A stretch of 64,000 bases of DNA. It comes from Thermodesulfobacteriota bacterium (GTDB lineage Bacteria > Desulfobacterota_D > UBA1144 > Nemesobacterales > UBA2774). A model generated the notes under the pieces. It was not told the DNA's origin and did not search any database. It saw nothing but the letters and a program-made list of their open reading frames with translations. The DNA is taken from contig OY729416.1 of the NCBI GenBank assembly GCA_963422265.1, forward strand, positions 416,001 through 480,000. Direction: 5' to 3'. How positions within the stretch are numbered: position 1 is the stretch's first letter; each line of letters opens with the position of its first letter. Positions 21,930 through 34,393 of the stretch are shown here, one piece after another. The position numbers and the translations under genes are program-made.

Positions 21930-23184
21930 TTTGCGATCCTCCTTGTTTGTTATTCACAATACATTCATATAGTTCTTCAAACTCTTCTAGTTCCGCATTG
22001 ATAACGTCTGGCTGCGAAACATCATTGACTATCGCCTCTTGGGTTTTAAGACCGTTACCCGTAATAGAGACTACAATTGACTCATCCTTGGGTAGAATTC
22101 CCTGACTCATAAGCTTTTTAGTTACTGCAATTGTTACACCTCCTGCGGTCTCCGTAAATATACCTTCAGTCTCGGCAAGCAGTTTTATACCATCTATAAT
22201 CTCAGCATCTGTAACGTCTTCGCCCCATCCCCTACTCTGATTCATTACGCGCATAGCATAGAATCCATCCGCTGGGGTGCCTATTGCGAGAGATTTGGCT
22301 ACCGTATTGGGTTTTACAGGCTTAAAAATCTCCCATTTATTCTTTAATGCAGTCGTTATAGGAGAGCAACCCAGCGCCTGGGCGCCATAGACTTTTGTGT
22401 CATTATTCTCTATCAAGCCCATCGTCTCAAATTCCGTGATGGCTTTCCATATTTTTGTGAGCAAGGAACCGCTTGCCATCGGTACAACCACATGCTTAGG
22501 AGCCCGCCATCCTAACTGCTCCATTATCTCAAAGGCAAAAGATTTGGAGCCTTCCGCATAGTAGGGGCGCATATTAATGTTCACAAATGCCCAACCAAAT
22601 TTGCCGGCTATTTCACTACAGAGCCTATTTACATCATCATAAGTCCCTTTAATTCCGATGAGGTTTGAACCATATACGGTTGTTCCTACAATTTTCGCCT
22701 GCTCTAGATTGTAGGGTATAAAAATATAGCTCTTCACATTCCCCGCCGTAGTCAAAGCTGCCACGGCATTGGCTAAATTGCCTGTAGAAGCACATGCGGC
22801 TGTATCAAATCCAAATTCTTTTGCCTTTGATAGGGCAACGGAAACGACCCTGTCTTTAAATGAAAGTGTAGGGAAACATACTGAGTCGTTCTTTATGTAA
22901 ATTTCACTTGCGCCTAAGACGTTACCCAAGTTCTCAGCCCTGACCAATGGAGTATAGCCAACCTGAAGGCCTATTGTTGGATCCTTATCTATGGGCATCA
23001 GTTCCTTATAACGCCATATATTATTACCCCTTCTCTCAATTATATCACGTGATATAGATTCCTTTATCTCATCATACTTGTAAACTGCTTCTAAGGGACC
23101 GAAACAAATCTCGCAAACGTGAAGTGGTTCCGTTGGATACTCCTCGCCACATTCTTTGCATTTAAGCCCCTTGACAAAACTCAT
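21898..23184 (-). CDS. Threonine synthase-like PLP enzyme, overlapping the sulfur-carrier gene
   Basis: N-terminal CKEC...CEIC Zn ribbon, PTLSFKDR (PLP Lys), [20 protein letters not shown]. Confidence 0.9.
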   Translation of the reverse strand: MSFVKGLKCKECGEEYPTEPLHVCEICFGPLEAVYKYDEIKESISRDIIERRGNNIWRYKELMPIDKDPTIGLQVGYTPLVRAENLGNVLGASEIYIKNDSVCFPTLSFKDRVVSVALSKAKEFGFDTAACASTGNLANAVAALTTAGNVKSYIFIPYNLEQAKIVGTTVYGSNLIGIKGTYDDVNRLCSEIAGKFGWAFVNINMRPYYAEGSKSFAFEIMEQLGWRAPKHVVVPMASGSLLTKIWKAITEFETMGLIENNDTKVYGAQALGCSPITTALKNKWEIFKPVKPNTVAKSLAIGTPADGFYAMRVMNQSRGWGEDVTDAEIIDGIKLLAETEGIFTETAGGVTIAVTKKLMSQGILPKDESIVVSITGNGLKTQEAIVNDVSQPDVINAELEEFEELYECIVNNKQGGSQNAVSANSNTP

Positions 23185-23260
23185 TAGTTTCCTCTTTTCA
23201 AAAGTAAAATAAACTTTGCAGACTACCTTCTACACATAAGGCTGTCAAAGAAATTGTGGA

Positions 23261-23707
23261 CTACCATTCATTTCTTTTTCTAATTTTTTTATCCTTTTCT
23301 TTCTCTATGAACACTATTTTCTCAAACTGCCGGGCTTCGAACCGGTTACCTTTCTTTCTATATATGCCACCCACTATGACGTAGTTATTATCCTTCATAT
23401 TCCACTCACCAGGAGTTAGCACGCGAATGGTGTTGCCATTTAGATCCGAGAGATTAAAAACAGTCGCGGACGACCCATCTTTATTTTGAGATAGCTCTTT
23501 AACAAAACCTTCAAGGGCTAAAGTTGCCCCGTCGTAAGCAATCGGAGACAAAAGAACCTTTGAAATAGATGCTCTATAGCCCTTTATATTTGAGCCAGGT
23601 ATGTATTCGGGCTTCTTATTACTACTACATCCTGACGGGAAAACAAGTAAGAATAAAGATAGCAAGAGCAATGCGTTAATGTCTTTAACTAAGAGCCACT
23701 CGCGCAT
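23261..23707 (-). CDS. Hypothetical lipoprotein (possible OB-fold)
   Basis: Hydrophobic signal peptide ending LVFPSGC, then a beta-rich region; ATG 23707 chosen as start. Confidence 0.55.
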   Translation of the reverse strand: MREWLLVKDINALLLLSLFLLVFPSGCSSNKKPEYIPGSNIKGYRASISKVLLSPIAYDGATLALEGFVKELSQNKDGSSATVFNLSDLNGNTIRVLTPGEWNMKDNNYVIVGGIYRKKGNRFEARQFEKIVFIEKEKDKKIRKRNEW

Positions 23708-23830
23708 CCTACTGTTGCGTATCATAGTATGGAACAGACTATCTATATGTAATTTTAACATTATCTCGTATATTCTACCTGATATTTTATGGCATAATAA
23801 GACCGTTTTATGCTCAATTAGTGTAAATTA

Positions 23831-24667
23831 ATGCACATAGGAGAAATGGAGATGGACATATTTACTGGAGAAAGATATGGAATTGCCAGAATTCCAATAG
23901 AGGAGAGTGATAATAATTATAACTACGTTATCTGGTGCTCTGAAACTAAGGAATGTGCCGTTATAGATCCGATAGAACCAATCACCATCCTTAATTTCAT
24001 AAGGGATAAAGGTCTTTTTGTAAAATACGTGATTAATACGCACTGCCATCCTGACCATATAGCAGGGAACGACGTGATATTGAAGGTCAGTCTCTCTAAA
24101 ATGTCAAAAGCACTTGTTCATCCACTGGGAAAAGAGTTAGTAGGCACTAGGTATGGTTTAGTAGAAGAAGGGGATGTAATACAAGTCGGAAACCAGGAAA
24201 TTAAAGTAATTCACACGCCCGGCCATTGCCCAGAGCACATATCTCTAGTTCTAGAAGAGAATGCTTTCGTCGGGGATACCTTGTTTCTCTCCGGCTGTGG
24301 CAATACGAAACACAGGGGCGTAGTTCGGGACTTATTCAAAAGCATTAAATCAAAGCTAAGAGTCCTTCCTGATAATTATAGGGTTTTCGTTGGACATAAT
24401 TACGCTGAGACTAACTTGAATTTCGCACTTAGTATAGAACCAGAAAACCAAGAAGCTAGGAATAAACTCGAAGAAATAAAAAAAGCAGGGATTTCTGGGG
24501 AGGAACCTGCTCCAACTACTATTGGACAAGAAAAACAGTATAATCCCTTCTTGCGGTTTGACGAGACTAATTTAATAACAAAGCTTACAGAAAGAAACTC
24601 TGGGTTGAAAACTGATCCCGAATCAATATTTACGGAACTCAGAAAGCTCAGGGATCAATGGGTTTAG
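23831..24667 (+). CDS. Hydroxyacylglutathione hydrolase (glyoxalase II)-like MBL-fold protein
   Basis: [42 protein letters not shown]. The true start may be 23846 or 23852. Confidence 0.88.
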   Translation: MHIGEMEMDIFTGERYGIARIPIEESDNNYNYVIWCSETKECAVIDPIEPITILNFIRDKGLFVKYVINTHCHPDHIAGNDVILKVSLSKMSKALVHPLGKELVGTRYGLVEEGDVIQVGNQEIKVIHTPGHCPEHISLVLEENAFVGDTLFLSGCGNTKHRGVVRDLFKSIKSKLRVLPDNYRVFVGHNYAETNLNFALSIEPENQEARNKLEEIKKAGISGEEPAPTTIGQEKQYNPFLRFDETNLITKLTERNSGLKTDPESIFTELRKLRDQWV

Positions 24668-24674
24668 CTCTACT

Positions 24675-27600
24675 ATGAAAAAACCTAAGTCGTCCTCCTA
24701 CGAATTGCTAAGTGAACTTGCCTCAAAAAGGATACTATTTCTAGATGGTGCTATGGGCACTATGATTCAACGGTATAAACTTAAAGAAGAGGACTTTAGG
24801 GGTGAGCGTTTCAAAGATCATCATACGGACCTTAAAGGAAACAATGACCTACTTTCGCTGACAAGACCCGATGTTATATCTGAGATTCATAAGCAATATC
24901 TGGCTGCCGGGTCAGATATAATAGAGACTAATACCTTTAACTCAACCACTGTATCACAAGCTGATTATGGTTTGGAGAATATCTCTTACGAGCTGAATAA
25001 ACAGGCAGCTAAAATTGCAAGGGATGCCGCGGACGGATTCATGTCTAAACACGCCGACAGAGTGTGTTTCGTAGCCGGAGCACTTGGACCCACCAATAAA
25101 ACCGCTTCTATCTCACCAGACGTCAACAATCCAGCTTATAGAGGGGTTACTTTTGATAAACTTGTAGAAGCATATTACGAGCAGGTAAAAGGTCTTGTCA
25201 ATGGCGGCATTGATATAATACTTGCAGAAACGACATTCGATACACTAAACCTGAAAGCCGCTATTTTTGGAATAGAAAAGTTCGTGGCCGAGAATCGCAT
25301 TAGCCTACCCCTTATGCTTTCAGTCACTATTACCGATGCTTCAGGTAGAACGTTGTCGGGCCAGACCGTCGAGGCGTTTTGGAATTCTGTGAGACATGCA
25401 AAGCCGTTTAGCGTCGGTATTAACTGCGCTCTCGGGGCACAAGAGATGCGCCCATATATAGAGGAGTTAGCAAAAATAGCAGATTGTTACGTAAGCTGTT
25501 ATCCAAATGCAGGATTGCCTAATCCGCTTAGTGAAACCGGATATGATCAGACGCCGGGCGACATATCGGGCTTTTTAGTAGAATTCGCGCAAAGCGGGTT
25601 TGTCAACTTGGTCGGAGGCTGCTGTGGTACTACCCCTAATCATGTAGAGGCAATTGTAGAAAGGGTAAAAGAGGTTTCCCCTAGAAAGGTTCCAGACAGA
25701 TTAAGTTCGGCGATGCGCCTAAGTGGTCTCGAAGTCCTTAACATATATGAAAAAGGGTCTCCTTTTATCATGGTCGGGGAGCGCACCAACGTCACAGGAT
25801 CCCCTCGCTTTGCAAGCCTAATTAAGCAAGATGATTTTGATGAGGCTCTGAGCGTAGCTAAACAACAGATTGAGAACGGCGCTAATATTATAGATATAAA
25901 CTTTGATGAAGCGCTTCTTGATGGCGAAGCCTGTATGACGAGGTTTCTAAACCTTATAGCTTCAGAACCAGACATAGCACGGGTTCCAATAATGATAGAC
26001 AGCTCTAAATTCAGCGTAATAGAAGCTGGTCTCAAGTGTTTGCAGGGTAAGGGGATTGTTAATTCCATTAGTTTAAAAGAGGGAGAAAAAAGATTCCTAG
26101 AACAAGCGAGAGCTATTATGCGCTATGGAACCTCCGTTGTCGTAATGGCGTTTGATGAAAAGGGACAGGCAGCGAGTAAAGAGGATAAGGTCCGTATATG
26201 TAGACGTGCCTATAAACTTCTTACAAAAGAGGCGGGTATGGATCCAAGTGATATAATATTTGATCCAAACGTTTTGACGGTAGCGACCGGGATAGAAGAG
26301 CATAATAACTACGCCGTAGATTTCATTGAAGCAGTCAGAGAGATAAAGTCAGCGTGTCCAGGGGCTAAGACAAGTGGGGGCATAAGCAACGTATCGTTTT
26401 CATTTCGCGGCAACAATGTAGTAAGGGAAGCTATGCATAGCGCGTTTCTATATCATGCTGTAAGCGCTGGGCTTGACATGGCTATAGTGAACGCGGGCAT
26501 GCTTGAGATATACGAGAATATTGATAAGGAGCTTCTTGAAAAAGTGGAAGACGTCCTACTCAATAGAATCCCTGAAGCTACTGAGAACCTAGTTGAATAT
26601 GCCGAACGGGTAAAAGAAACCCGTAAAATAAAGAGCAAGGACACCGAAGAGTGGCGCAAAGGGAGTGTTGAGGAACGTTTAGGGCATGCCCTTGTGAAAG
26701 GAATTGTCGAATATATAGATCAGGATACCGAAGAGGCTCGTCAGCAATATGAAAAACCCCTTGACCTAATTGAAGGTCCCTTAATGGACGGTATGAAGGT
26801 TGTGGGGGATTTGTTTGGTAAAGGAAAAATGTTTTTACCTCAGGTCGTTAAAAGTGCCCGGGTTATGAAAAGAGCAGTTGCCTATCTTGAGCCTTTCGTA
26901 GAAGCAGAGAAGACTAAATCAAGCTCCGGGGGCAGCAAGGGAAAATTTGTGATGGCTACTGTAAAAGGCGACGTGCACGATATAGGAAAGAACATCGTCT
27001 CCGTAGTGCTCGGCTGTAATAACTATGAGGTTATTGATCTTGGGGTCATGGTGCCTTGCGAGAATATACTGAAAAAGGCAAGGGAGGTGAACGCCAATAT
27101 TATAGGGCTTAGCGGGCTAATTACACCCTCTCTAGACGAGATGATCTATAACGCCTCCGAGATGGAGCGACAGGGGTTCAGGACACCCCTTTTAATAGGT
27201 GGAGCTACGACGAGTAAAGCTCACACGGCGATCAAAATAGCGCCTCAATACAGTGGGATTGTAAGCCACGTTCAGGATGCGTCACTCGTAGTCAATGTCT
27301 GTAATGACTTAATGAATCCGAATAAATACGAAGAGTTTGCAAAGAAGCAAGAAGCCAAGCACGATGAGCTTAGAAATCTACATATATCTTCGCGAGGCCG
27401 GATCAAATATCTCTCAATAGGAGATGCGAGAAAGAAAGCGTATAAGATGGACTGGGATAATTTCAACGTGGACATTCCCGAAAGGCTTGGCTCCCACGTA
27501 ATCCAAAATATTCCCCTTAACGATATAATTCCCTATATAGACTGGTCTCCATTCTTTTGGGTATGGGAGTTGAAAGGCGTTTTTCCTAAAATTTTTGGGC

Positions 27601-28379
27601 ATGAAAAGTGGGGAAAACAGGCGAAAGGACTCTTTGAAGACGCCCAAAGATTGCTGAATCGAATTGTCGAGGAAAAGCGCTTTCGCCCTAGCGCCGTCGT
27701 ATCCTTCTGGCCAGCAAATAGGGTAGGGGACGACGTAGAAATCTACACCGACGATAGTAGAAGAGAAGTGCTCAGTAGGTTTCACTTCCTTCGCCAACAG
27801 AAAGATAAAGGAGAGAATGGAATATGTTTGTGTCTAGCGGACTATATAGCTCCAAGGGACTCCGAAGTAGCGAACTACCTAGGTGGGTTTGTAGTTACCG
27901 TTGGGCAGGGAGTAGAGGAGTTCTCAAGCGCTTTTAAGGAAAGGAACGATGATTATTCGGCAATTATGGTGCAGGCGCTAGGAGATCGCTTTGCAGAAGC
28001 GTTGGCTGAAATGATGCACAAGGTAGCCCGCGAGAATTGGGGCTATGGAAAATGTGAAAACTTATCTTATGGTGATTTAATAAAAGAAGCGTACAGAGGA
28101 ATAAGACCCGCCCCAGGTTATCCATCTTGTCCTGACCATACCGAAAAAGCGACTCTATGGAAGTTGCTTGACGCTCAAAAGAATATAGGGGCTAAGTTAA
28201 CCGAGAACTATGCTATTTATCCAGCAAGCTCCGTTGCTGGGCTTTATTTTGCTCATCAGGAAGCTAAATACTTTCATCTAGGTCAAATAAATAGGGATCA
28301 GGTTGAGGATTATGCCAAGAGGAAGAACGTTACCGTTGAGGAAGCTGAAAAATGGTTGAGGCCAAACCTTAATTATTAG
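24675..28379 (+). CDS. metH: Cobalamin-dependent methionine synthase
   Basis: [33 protein letters not shown] (B12 His), [12 protein letters not shown]. Confidence 0.98.
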   Translation: MKKPKSSSYELLSELASKRILFLDGAMGTMIQRYKLKEEDFRGERFKDHHTDLKGNNDLLSLTRPDVISEIHKQYLAAGSDIIETNTFNSTTVSQADYGLENISYELNKQAAKIARDAADGFMSKHADRVCFVAGALGPTNKTASISPDVNNPAYRGVTFDKLVEAYYEQVKGLVNGGIDIILAETTFDTLNLKAAIFGIEKFVAENRISLPLMLSVTITDASGRTLSGQTVEAFWNSVRHAKPFSVGINCALGAQEMRPYIEELAKIADCYVSCYPNAGLPNPLSETGYDQTPGDISGFLVEFAQSGFVNLVGGCCGTTPNHVEAIVERVKEVSPRKVPDRLSSAMRLSGLEVLNIYEKGSPFIMVGERTNVTGSPRFASLIKQDDFDEALSVAKQQIENGANIIDINFDEALLDGEACMTRFLNLIASEPDIARVPIMIDSSKFSVIEAGLKCLQGKGIVNSISLKEGEKRFLEQARAIMRYGTSVVVMAFDEKGQAASKEDKVRICRRAYKLLTKEAGMDPSDIIFDPNVLTVATGIEEHNNYAVDFIEAVREIKSACPGAKTSGGISNVSFSFRGNNVVREAMHSAFLYHAVSAGLDMAIVNAGMLEIYENIDKELLEKVEDVLLNRIPEATENLVEYAERVKETRKIKSKDTEEWRKGSVEERLGHALVKGIVEYIDQDTEEARQQYEKPLDLIEGPLMDGMKVVGDLFGKGKMFLPQVVKSARVMKRAVAYLEPFVEAEKTKSSSGGSKGKFVMATVKGDVHDIGKNIVSVVLGCNNYEVIDLGVMVPCENILKKAREVNANIIGLSGLITPSLDEMIYNASEMERQGFRTPLLIGGATTSKAHTAIKIAPQYSGIVSHVQDASLVVNVCNDLMNPNKYEEFAKKQEAKHDELRNLHISSRGRIKYLSIGDARKKAYKMDWDNFNVDIPERLGSHVIQNIPLNDIIPYIDWSPFFWVWELKGVFPKIFGHEKWGKQAKGLFEDAQRLLNRIVEEKRFRPSAVVSFWPANRVGDDVEIYTDDSRREVLSRFHFLRQQKDKGENGICLCLADYIAPRDSEVANYLGGFVVTVGQGVEEFSSAFKERNDDYSAIMVQALGDRFAEALAEMMHKVARENWGYGKCENLSYGDLIKEAYRGIRPAPGYPSCPDHTEKATLWKLLDAQKNIGAKLTENYAIYPASSVAGLYFAHQEAKYFHLGQINRDQVEDYAKRKNVTVEEAEKWLRPNLNY

Positions 28380-28492
28380 GGCTTATATATTCTAAAAACT
28401 ATATATTATTTGTAAAGTTGCAAACGGGCGCGTTATATTCACTCATTTCAAAGTAGAACGTATATTAAACGCCAAATTTCCAAAAGGAGAAA

Positions 28493-29197
28493 GTGACATT
28501 GCACTTAGAAAGTATAACGACAATATTTTTTGACGCTGCTGACACGCTCTTCTACATACGAAAAGGTCTCGGCAGTGCGTATTCAGATGTTGCGCGCAAA
28601 CACGGCGTTAGCCCAGACCCAGAGCGGATAAAAGAGGCTTTTTCCAAAGCTTTTAGACAGGCTCCACCGCTCGCTTTTAGAGAGGTCTCTACAAGAGAAA
28701 GAAAGGCTCTTGAGAAACTTTATTGGAAAGATATAGTGGAAAAGGTCTATTCGGAAGTTGGGATGTTTGACACTTTTGAGGTGTATTTTGATGAGTTATT
28801 TGAAATGTTTAGGAGTAGAGTTTGGGAATTATTCCCTGAGGTCAAAGAAGTGTTATCAGATTTGAAAGCACGGGGTTTTAAGCTTGGAGTAATTTCAAAC
28901 TTTGACTCCAGGATTTATAACGTGATGTCAGACTTAGATATATGCGATTACTTTGACTTCATAGTAATTTCTAGTGAAGCGGGTTACGCAAAGCCTGCAC
29001 CCGAGATATATCAAGAGGCTCTTAAAAAGGCGCAGGCGGTTCCTCGGGAATCTTTGCATATAGGAGATCATGTACAAAACGATTTTCATGGCCCGAGAGC
29101 CTTAGGTATAAAAGCCCTATTGATTGATCGTGAAAAACGATATACATCTATGAGTAGAAACAACAAGATTGAGAATTTAAGGGAGCTACTAGATTAA
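28493..29197 (+). CDS. HAD-IA family hydrolase (REG-2/HDHD3-like)
   Basis: [29 protein letters not shown]. Confidence 0.88.
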   Translation: MTLHLESITTIFFDAADTLFYIRKGLGSAYSDVARKHGVSPDPERIKEAFSKAFRQAPPLAFREVSTRERKALEKLYWKDIVEKVYSEVGMFDTFEVYFDELFEMFRSRVWELFPEVKEVLSDLKARGFKLGVISNFDSRIYNVMSDLDICDYFDFIVISSEAGYAKPAPEIYQEALKKAQAVPRESLHIGDHVQNDFHGPRALGIKALLIDREKRYTSMSRNNKIENLRELLD

Positions 29198-30169
29198 AGA
29201 GTTTAAAATCCTCGCTGCGTCCTTGGCGAAATAAGTAATTATCAAATCAGCGCCAGCTCGTTTAATGCTCGTTAGTGTCTCCATCATGACAAGTTTCTCG
29301 TCAATCCAACCTAGCTTGCCAGCGGCTTTTATCATTGAGTATTCGCCGCTTACATTATACGCTGCGATAGGATGGTCAAACTCTTCTCTGGCGGCCCTTA
29401 TCACGTCTAGGTAAGAAAGGGCAGGTTTTACCATTACTACGTCAGCGCCCTCTTCTATATCTAGAGCAATCTCCCTAAGCGCTTCCCTTACGTTAGAGGG
29501 ATTCATTTGGTAACTTTTCCTATCTCCAAACTGGGGTGTGGACTCGGCAGCTTCTCTGAAGGGACCGTAAAAAGAGGAGGCGTATTTTGCGGAATAAGAC
29601 ATTATAGGAATATTTTCGTATCCTTCTTCATCCAGAGCTCCGCGTATCGCTCCTACTCGCCCATCCATCATATCGGATGGGGCTACTATATCGGCGCCTG
29701 CGCGTGCGTGCGAGAGCGACATCATAGCTAGGTATTCAAGCGTCTCATCATTATCCACGTCCCCGTCCTTTACGACTCCACAGTGCCCGTGGCTTGTGTA
29801 TTCGCATAAGCAAACATCCGTAATAACTACAACATCCTTAACACTTTTCTTAATCGTTCTAAGCGCTTTTTGGATAATGCCATTATCGTCATATCCCTCC
29901 GAGCCAAGCTCGTCCTTTTTTCGAGGGATGCCGAAAAGCAGTATAGCCTTTATACCTAGTTTCCTAACCTCTTTAACTTCTTCGATTGCGTTGTCGATCG
30001 ACTGCTTGTATATGCCGGGCATAGAGGTTACTTCAAACCTTGCTTTTTGACCCGGACCTACGAACATAGGATATATTAAATCGTTCACCGACAGCTTAGT
30101 CTCGCTTATGAGTTCCCGTAACCCTTTGTTCTTTCTCAACCTTCTTGATCGGTAAGCTGGGAAAAACAT
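29189..30169 (-). CDS. hemB: Porphobilinogen synthase (Zn-type)
   Basis: [48 protein letters not shown]. Confidence 0.97.
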   Translation of the reverse strand: MFFPAYRSRRLRKNKGLRELISETKLSVNDLIYPMFVGPGQKARFEVTSMPGIYKQSIDNAIEEVKEVRKLGIKAILLFGIPRKKDELGSEGYDDNGIIQKALRTIKKSVKDVVVITDVCLCEYTSHGHCGVVKDGDVDNDETLEYLAMMSLSHARAGADIVAPSDMMDGRVGAIRGALDEEGYENIPIMSYSAKYASSFYGPFREAAESTPQFGDRKSYQMNPSNVREALREIALDIEEGADVVMVKPALSYLDVIRAAREEFDHPIAAYNVSGEYSMIKAAGKLGWIDEKLVMMETLTSIKRAGADLIITYFAKDAARILNSLI

Positions 30170-30490
30170 TGGTGCTTATTTTAACTGCTCTCAAGCGAGC
30201 AAGTCAATCAGTCAATTCATGGTCATGGGACGACGTGTCTCCCCGCTTGCCATTCCCAAGGGAGCAGGATCCAGTCTTTATATCTTTCGTCTGCATAACA
30301 TGAGAGTAACAAGGTAAAAGAGTGATTACTAATAACCAAATGCAGGGGCAAGTCTGTGCCCGTCTGTGTATGTACCTGAGTGATCGGAAAACGATTCCCT
30401 TACTCCCTCCTTTCAAACTCTAAAGACGGTTGTATAATAATAAAACTTTAACCCACGTCCCTTGTAAGATAAGGGAAACGGGGAGCCATA

Positions 30491-32191
30491 ATGAAAGAAA
30501 AAACAGGGAAAAAGAGCATTGATTTCGTAAGGTCACGGATTGAACAGGATATCGCCAATAATAAATATGAGGGTAGGGTGGCTACGAGGTTTCCCCCTGA
30601 GCCTAACGGTTATCTTCATATAGGGCACGCAAAGTCAATCTGCCTCAATTTCGGAGTGGCTAAGGAATATAAAGGGACTTGCAACCTAAGGTTTGACGAT
30701 ACCAACCCAACTAAAGAGGAAACCGAATACGTTGAATCTATTATGAAAGACATAAAGTGGCTAGGCTACGACTGGGAAGACAGGCTTTGTTACGCATCTG
30801 ACTATTTTCAAAAGTTATACGATTATGCCGTCCGGCTTATTAAAGACGGTAGAGCCTACGTAGATAGCTTAAGCACCAAAGAGATTAGGGACTACAGGGG
30901 TACCTTGAGCGAGCCCGGTAGGGAAAGCCCTTACAGAGACAGAACTGTTGAAGAAAATCTTGAACTTTTTGAGAAGATGAAAAGCGGCGAGTTTGAAAAT
31001 GGCACGCACGTTCTGAGGGCAAAGATTGATATGACGTCCGGGAATCTAAACCTCCGCGACCCAGTTATGTATAGGATATTAAAAGAGACGCATCACAGAA
31101 CGGGGAACGAATGGAAAATATATCCTATGTATGATTTTGCCCATGGTCAGTCCGACTCAATTGAAGACATAACTCACTCCCTCTGCACGTTGGAGTTTGA
31201 AGATCACCGACCGCTGTATGATTGGTTTATTAAGGCTCTTGGAGTCCATCATCCTCAACAGATAGAGTTCGCAAGGCTCAATTTGAGCTATACGGTATTA
31301 AGTAAAAGAAAGCTTATGCAGCTTGTTAAGGACGGACATGTAAGCGGCTGGGATGACCCGCGTATGCCTACAATATCAGGTCTAAGAAGAAGAGGTTATA
31401 CACCTGAATCCATTAGAAATTTTTGTGAAATTATAGGTGTTACAAAGCAGGACAGCACTATTGACATAGCGCTCCTAGAGCACAGCATTAGAGAGGAACT
31501 AAATAAGAGGGCAAGACGCGTCATGGCCGTTCTTAACAAGCTCAAGATTATAATTACGAATTATAGAGATGACTTTAGCGAGGAGCTTGAAGCTGTGAAT
31601 AACCCAGAGGACGAAAACGCGGGAACGAGGAAGGTACCTTTCTCTAAAGAGCTTTACATAGAACGTGACGATTTTATGGAAGCTCCGCCCAAGAAGTTTT
31701 TCCGACTAGCTCCGGGAAGAGAGGTCAGGCTTCGATATGGATACTTCATAACCTGTACGGAAGTGGTTAAAGATGAATCCGGAGAAATTGTAGAGCTTCG
31801 CTGCATATATGATCCAGAAACCAAGGGAGGTAGAGCCCCGGACGGCAGGAAAGTCAAAGCTACTTTACACTGGGTATCCGCAAAGCACGCCATTAAGGCT
31901 GAGGTTAGGCTCTACGATCGCTTGTTCACCGTGCCTGAGCCAGAGGGCGATAAGGCACGTCCCTTACCACGGCGGGAAGAAGGAAAAGAATTTATCGATT
32001 TTTTGAATCCCAACTCGCTCAAAGTTCTCAGGGACTGTTATCTTGAGCCGAGCCTCTTGCATCCAGAGCCTGAGACCAACTACCAGTTTGAGAGGATAGG
32101 ATATTTTTACCCTGACCCAGTAGATTCCAAAGGTGGAGTGCCCATATTTAATAGAACGGCGACGCTAAGGGATAGTTGGAGTAAGAGATGA
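30491..32191 (+). CDS. glnS: Glutaminyl-tRNA synthetase
   Basis: [49 protein letters not shown]. Confidence 0.96.
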   Translation: MKEKTGKKSIDFVRSRIEQDIANNKYEGRVATRFPPEPNGYLHIGHAKSICLNFGVAKEYKGTCNLRFDDTNPTKEETEYVESIMKDIKWLGYDWEDRLCYASDYFQKLYDYAVRLIKDGRAYVDSLSTKEIRDYRGTLSEPGRESPYRDRTVEENLELFEKMKSGEFENGTHVLRAKIDMTSGNLNLRDPVMYRILKETHHRTGNEWKIYPMYDFAHGQSDSIEDITHSLCTLEFEDHRPLYDWFIKALGVHHPQQIEFARLNLSYTVLSKRKLMQLVKDGHVSGWDDPRMPTISGLRRRGYTPESIRNFCEIIGVTKQDSTIDIALLEHSIREELNKRARRVMAVLNKLKIIITNYRDDFSEELEAVNNPEDENAGTRKVPFSKELYIERDDFMEAPPKKFFRLAPGREVRLRYGYFITCTEVVKDESGEIVELRCIYDPETKGGRAPDGRKVKATLHWVSAKHAIKAEVRLYDRLFTVPEPEGDKARPLPRREEGKEFIDFLNPNSLKVLRDCYLEPSLLHPEPETNYQFERIGYFYPDPVDSKGGVPIFNRTATLRDSWSKR

Positions 32192-32335
32192 GGTGGGTGG
32201 GTATGACTTTATTCCACAGGGGCTATTGGCTTGTATCCATTTAACAACTGTCAGAGGTATTTATTTACGCTCTTTTTATGGAGATAACACTCATTGTGTT
32301 TAGGGTTTGAGGTTTTACAAATACTATTTCCCAAC

Positions 32336-33106
32336 TTAGATAGAGGATTGTTGATAACCTCTATCACCCATCTTTTCCCCATCAACGTAAATATTCCCTT
32401 TACTATCTATACCGACTCTACCTCTTGCTAAAAGATGATGAACCGTGAAAGGGAGGACTTCCCATTCTCCTTTTTTTCTAATTTTAGCGTTCATTAGCTC
32501 TTTATCACTTTCATTAAATCCCATAAGTGAAATTGGAGCGGATTGAGCTATGGCGGGACCGAAACGCTCCTTATCTTTTTGTATATACACAGTGCATTTA
32601 ATACTATCTTCCCCCACTTGGAGTGCCTGAACTGAAGCATCAACGCCTTTAATAAGGTAATCTTTGGTAACGTCTCCTGGATATAGATTGATTACCCTAT
32701 TATTGTATCTACTCAAGAATAGAGATCCGAGCCTTCTTCTATAACCAGCAAGCACTATTAAGTCGGGTGAGCAAACCTGCTCAACTAAGGCTATTGAGGC
32801 TGCATCATAGTAATTCCTTACCTTTTCATCGTTGGGATCTTTGCCAATCGCCTTAAAGTATGCCTTTGAGCTTAATCTAACTACAGGTATTCCTAGCTTT
32901 TTAGCCTTTTCAGCTCCCTTAGAGTTGGAAACGTTGGTAAATACAGCGTCTATTTTCCCATAAAGTCTCTCCCCAGTTTCCTGGAGTCGCATCTGTTCCT
33001 CGTATAAAGCGACAAAATTAGTCCCCGAGCCCGAAAGAAAAACGGCTATGATCATAGGACAGTTTTCGTCAGGGGCGTATATCAGCTTAATTTTAGAAGA
33101 GCTCAC
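32336..33106 (-). CDS. PurN-like formyltransferase-fold protein with degenerate active site
   Basis: AVFLSGSGTN, DLIVLAGY; NLYPG in place of NIHPS. Confidence 0.75.
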   Translation of the reverse strand: MSSSKIKLIYAPDENCPMIIAVFLSGSGTNFVALYEEQMRLQETGERLYGKIDAVFTNVSNSKGAEKAKKLGIPVVRLSSKAYFKAIGKDPNDEKVRNYYDAASIALVEQVCSPDLIVLAGYRRRLGSLFLSRYNNRVINLYPGDVTKDYLIKGVDASVQALQVGEDSIKCTVYIQKDKERFGPAIAQSAPISLMGFNESDKELMNAKIRKKGEWEVLPFTVHHLLARGRVGIDSKGNIYVDGEKMGDRGYQQSSI

Positions 33107-33175
33107 GCGTGCTTTTCACCGCAAAAAGTTTTTACAACATCGGTCAATTCAGGGAAACTATATTACATTATAACT

Positions 33176-34042
33176 ATGAACAACTCTATTCAAAGACTCC
33201 TTACAGCATCGGTAGCGGTGCCGCTAATGTATGTGATTTTCTACGTAGGGGGGTTGCTATATCTGTTATTTTTTCTCATCTTGATAGTCGTCGGTCAGCT
33301 TGAATACCAAAAACTGCTTGAGTCAAAAAACCTGCCCAATGAAAAAACGTTGGGAGTTATTTCGTCTGCTCTCTTTGGTATAGGCGCTTACGCTGGATAT
33401 TACTATTTAACACTCTGCTTCACCGCCTTTGTGATCTTAGTGCTAATTCTTGGGCTTAGGAAGAGCGATTTGAACAAAGCAATAGTAAGCATAGGAACAA
33501 CGGTATTTGGCGTAATATACGTAGGTTGGCTTCTAAGCCATGGAATTTTACTTAGGAACGTTGTATATCAGAACGAAAACGTAAGAGCATTTGCCGAGAA
33601 GAATCAGGGGGTAGAAGACTTTGGCTTCTTCTTTGTGTTATTCGCAGTTGCCTGCACGTTTCTAAATGATACAGGGGCTTACTATACGGGAAAACTATTC
33701 GGAAAGCGCAAGCTTAGTGCCAAAATCAGCCCTGGCAAAACCGTAGAAGGCACTTTAGGAGGAATTGTTATATGCGTTGTGACGGCATTAGTTGTGAATG
33801 CTTTGTTTAGCTCGCCGTTGAACCCTGGTTGGACGGTAGCCTTTGGCCTCATTATCAGCATTACCGCGGTATTCGGAGATCTTGTTGAGTCCTTACTTAA
33901 ACGAAGCGTTGGGATGAAGGATTCGGGAGGTATTGTCCCCGGTCATGGGGGCGTTCTTGATAGATTCGACAGCTTAATCCTCGTTTTTCCGGTCTTTTAC
34001 TATCTAGTGCTGGGATATTATAAGTTGCAACTAATACTTTAG
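33176..34042 (+). CDS. cdsA: Phosphatidate cytidylyltransferase
   Basis: DTGAY, ISPGKTVEG, GDLVESLLKR...KDSG..VPGHGGVLDRFDS. Confidence 0.95.
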   Translation: MNNSIQRLLTASVAVPLMYVIFYVGGLLYLLFFLILIVVGQLEYQKLLESKNLPNEKTLGVISSALFGIGAYAGYYYLTLCFTAFVILVLILGLRKSDLNKAIVSIGTTVFGVIYVGWLLSHGILLRNVVYQNENVRAFAEKNQGVEDFGFFFVLFAVACTFLNDTGAYYTGKLFGKRKLSAKISPGKTVEGTLGGIVICVVTALVVNALFSSPLNPGWTVAFGLIISITAVFGDLVESLLKRSVGMKDSGGIVPGHGGVLDRFDSLILVFPVFYYLVLGYYKLQLIL

Positions 34043-34052
34043 TTGCAACTTA
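34021..34052. repeat. Perfect 14-bp inverted repeat at the cdsA stop, between convergent genes
   Basis: TAAGTTGCAACTAA-TACT-TTAGTTGCAACTTA. Confidence 0.8.
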
Positions 34053-34075
34053 CATTGCTATGCGTTCATTTCACG

Positions 34076-34393
34076 TTAGTCATCCAGAATTTCGAGGGCT
34101 TCTTCAAACTCCTCCACCATTGATGGATGTCCATATCGGTTTGCAGCTTCTATACCTTTGTTATAAGACACTCTTGCCCTGTCCTTATTCCCTGTTTCTA
34201 AGTAGCATTCAGCGAGCATTCTATAAACCGCACCCTCGTCACCCTTTATTCTCAAATACTCGTTTATCTGAATAATTGCTTCTTCATAGTTTTCTAACTT
34301 AAAATATTCGTTAGCAAGTCCGTATCTTCCCAGAGGGTTATCAGGATCCATTTCTACGAGAGCCTTCAGCGTTTCAATTCTCGATTTATTCAT
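34076..34393 (-). CDS. Small tetratricopeptide repeat protein
   Basis: DPDNPLGRYGLANEY...AVYRMLAECY TPR pattern; ATG 34393 has an upstream AAAGGAG. Confidence 0.85.
   Translation of the reverse strand: MNKSRIETLKALVEMDPDNPLGRYGLANEYFKLENYEEAIIQINEYLRIKGDEGAVYRMLAECYLETGNKDRARVSYNKGIEAANRYGHPSMVEEFEEALEILDD

Noticed and set aside
30204-30416. 70-aa minus-strand ORF as a real gene
   Set aside because: TTG start without an upstream SD, atypical composition, no recognisable motif
30454-31965. Shared 10-mer CACGTCCCTT upstream of and inside glnS as a REP-like element
   Set aside because: A 10-bp match is expected by chance, and the flanking sequences do not align
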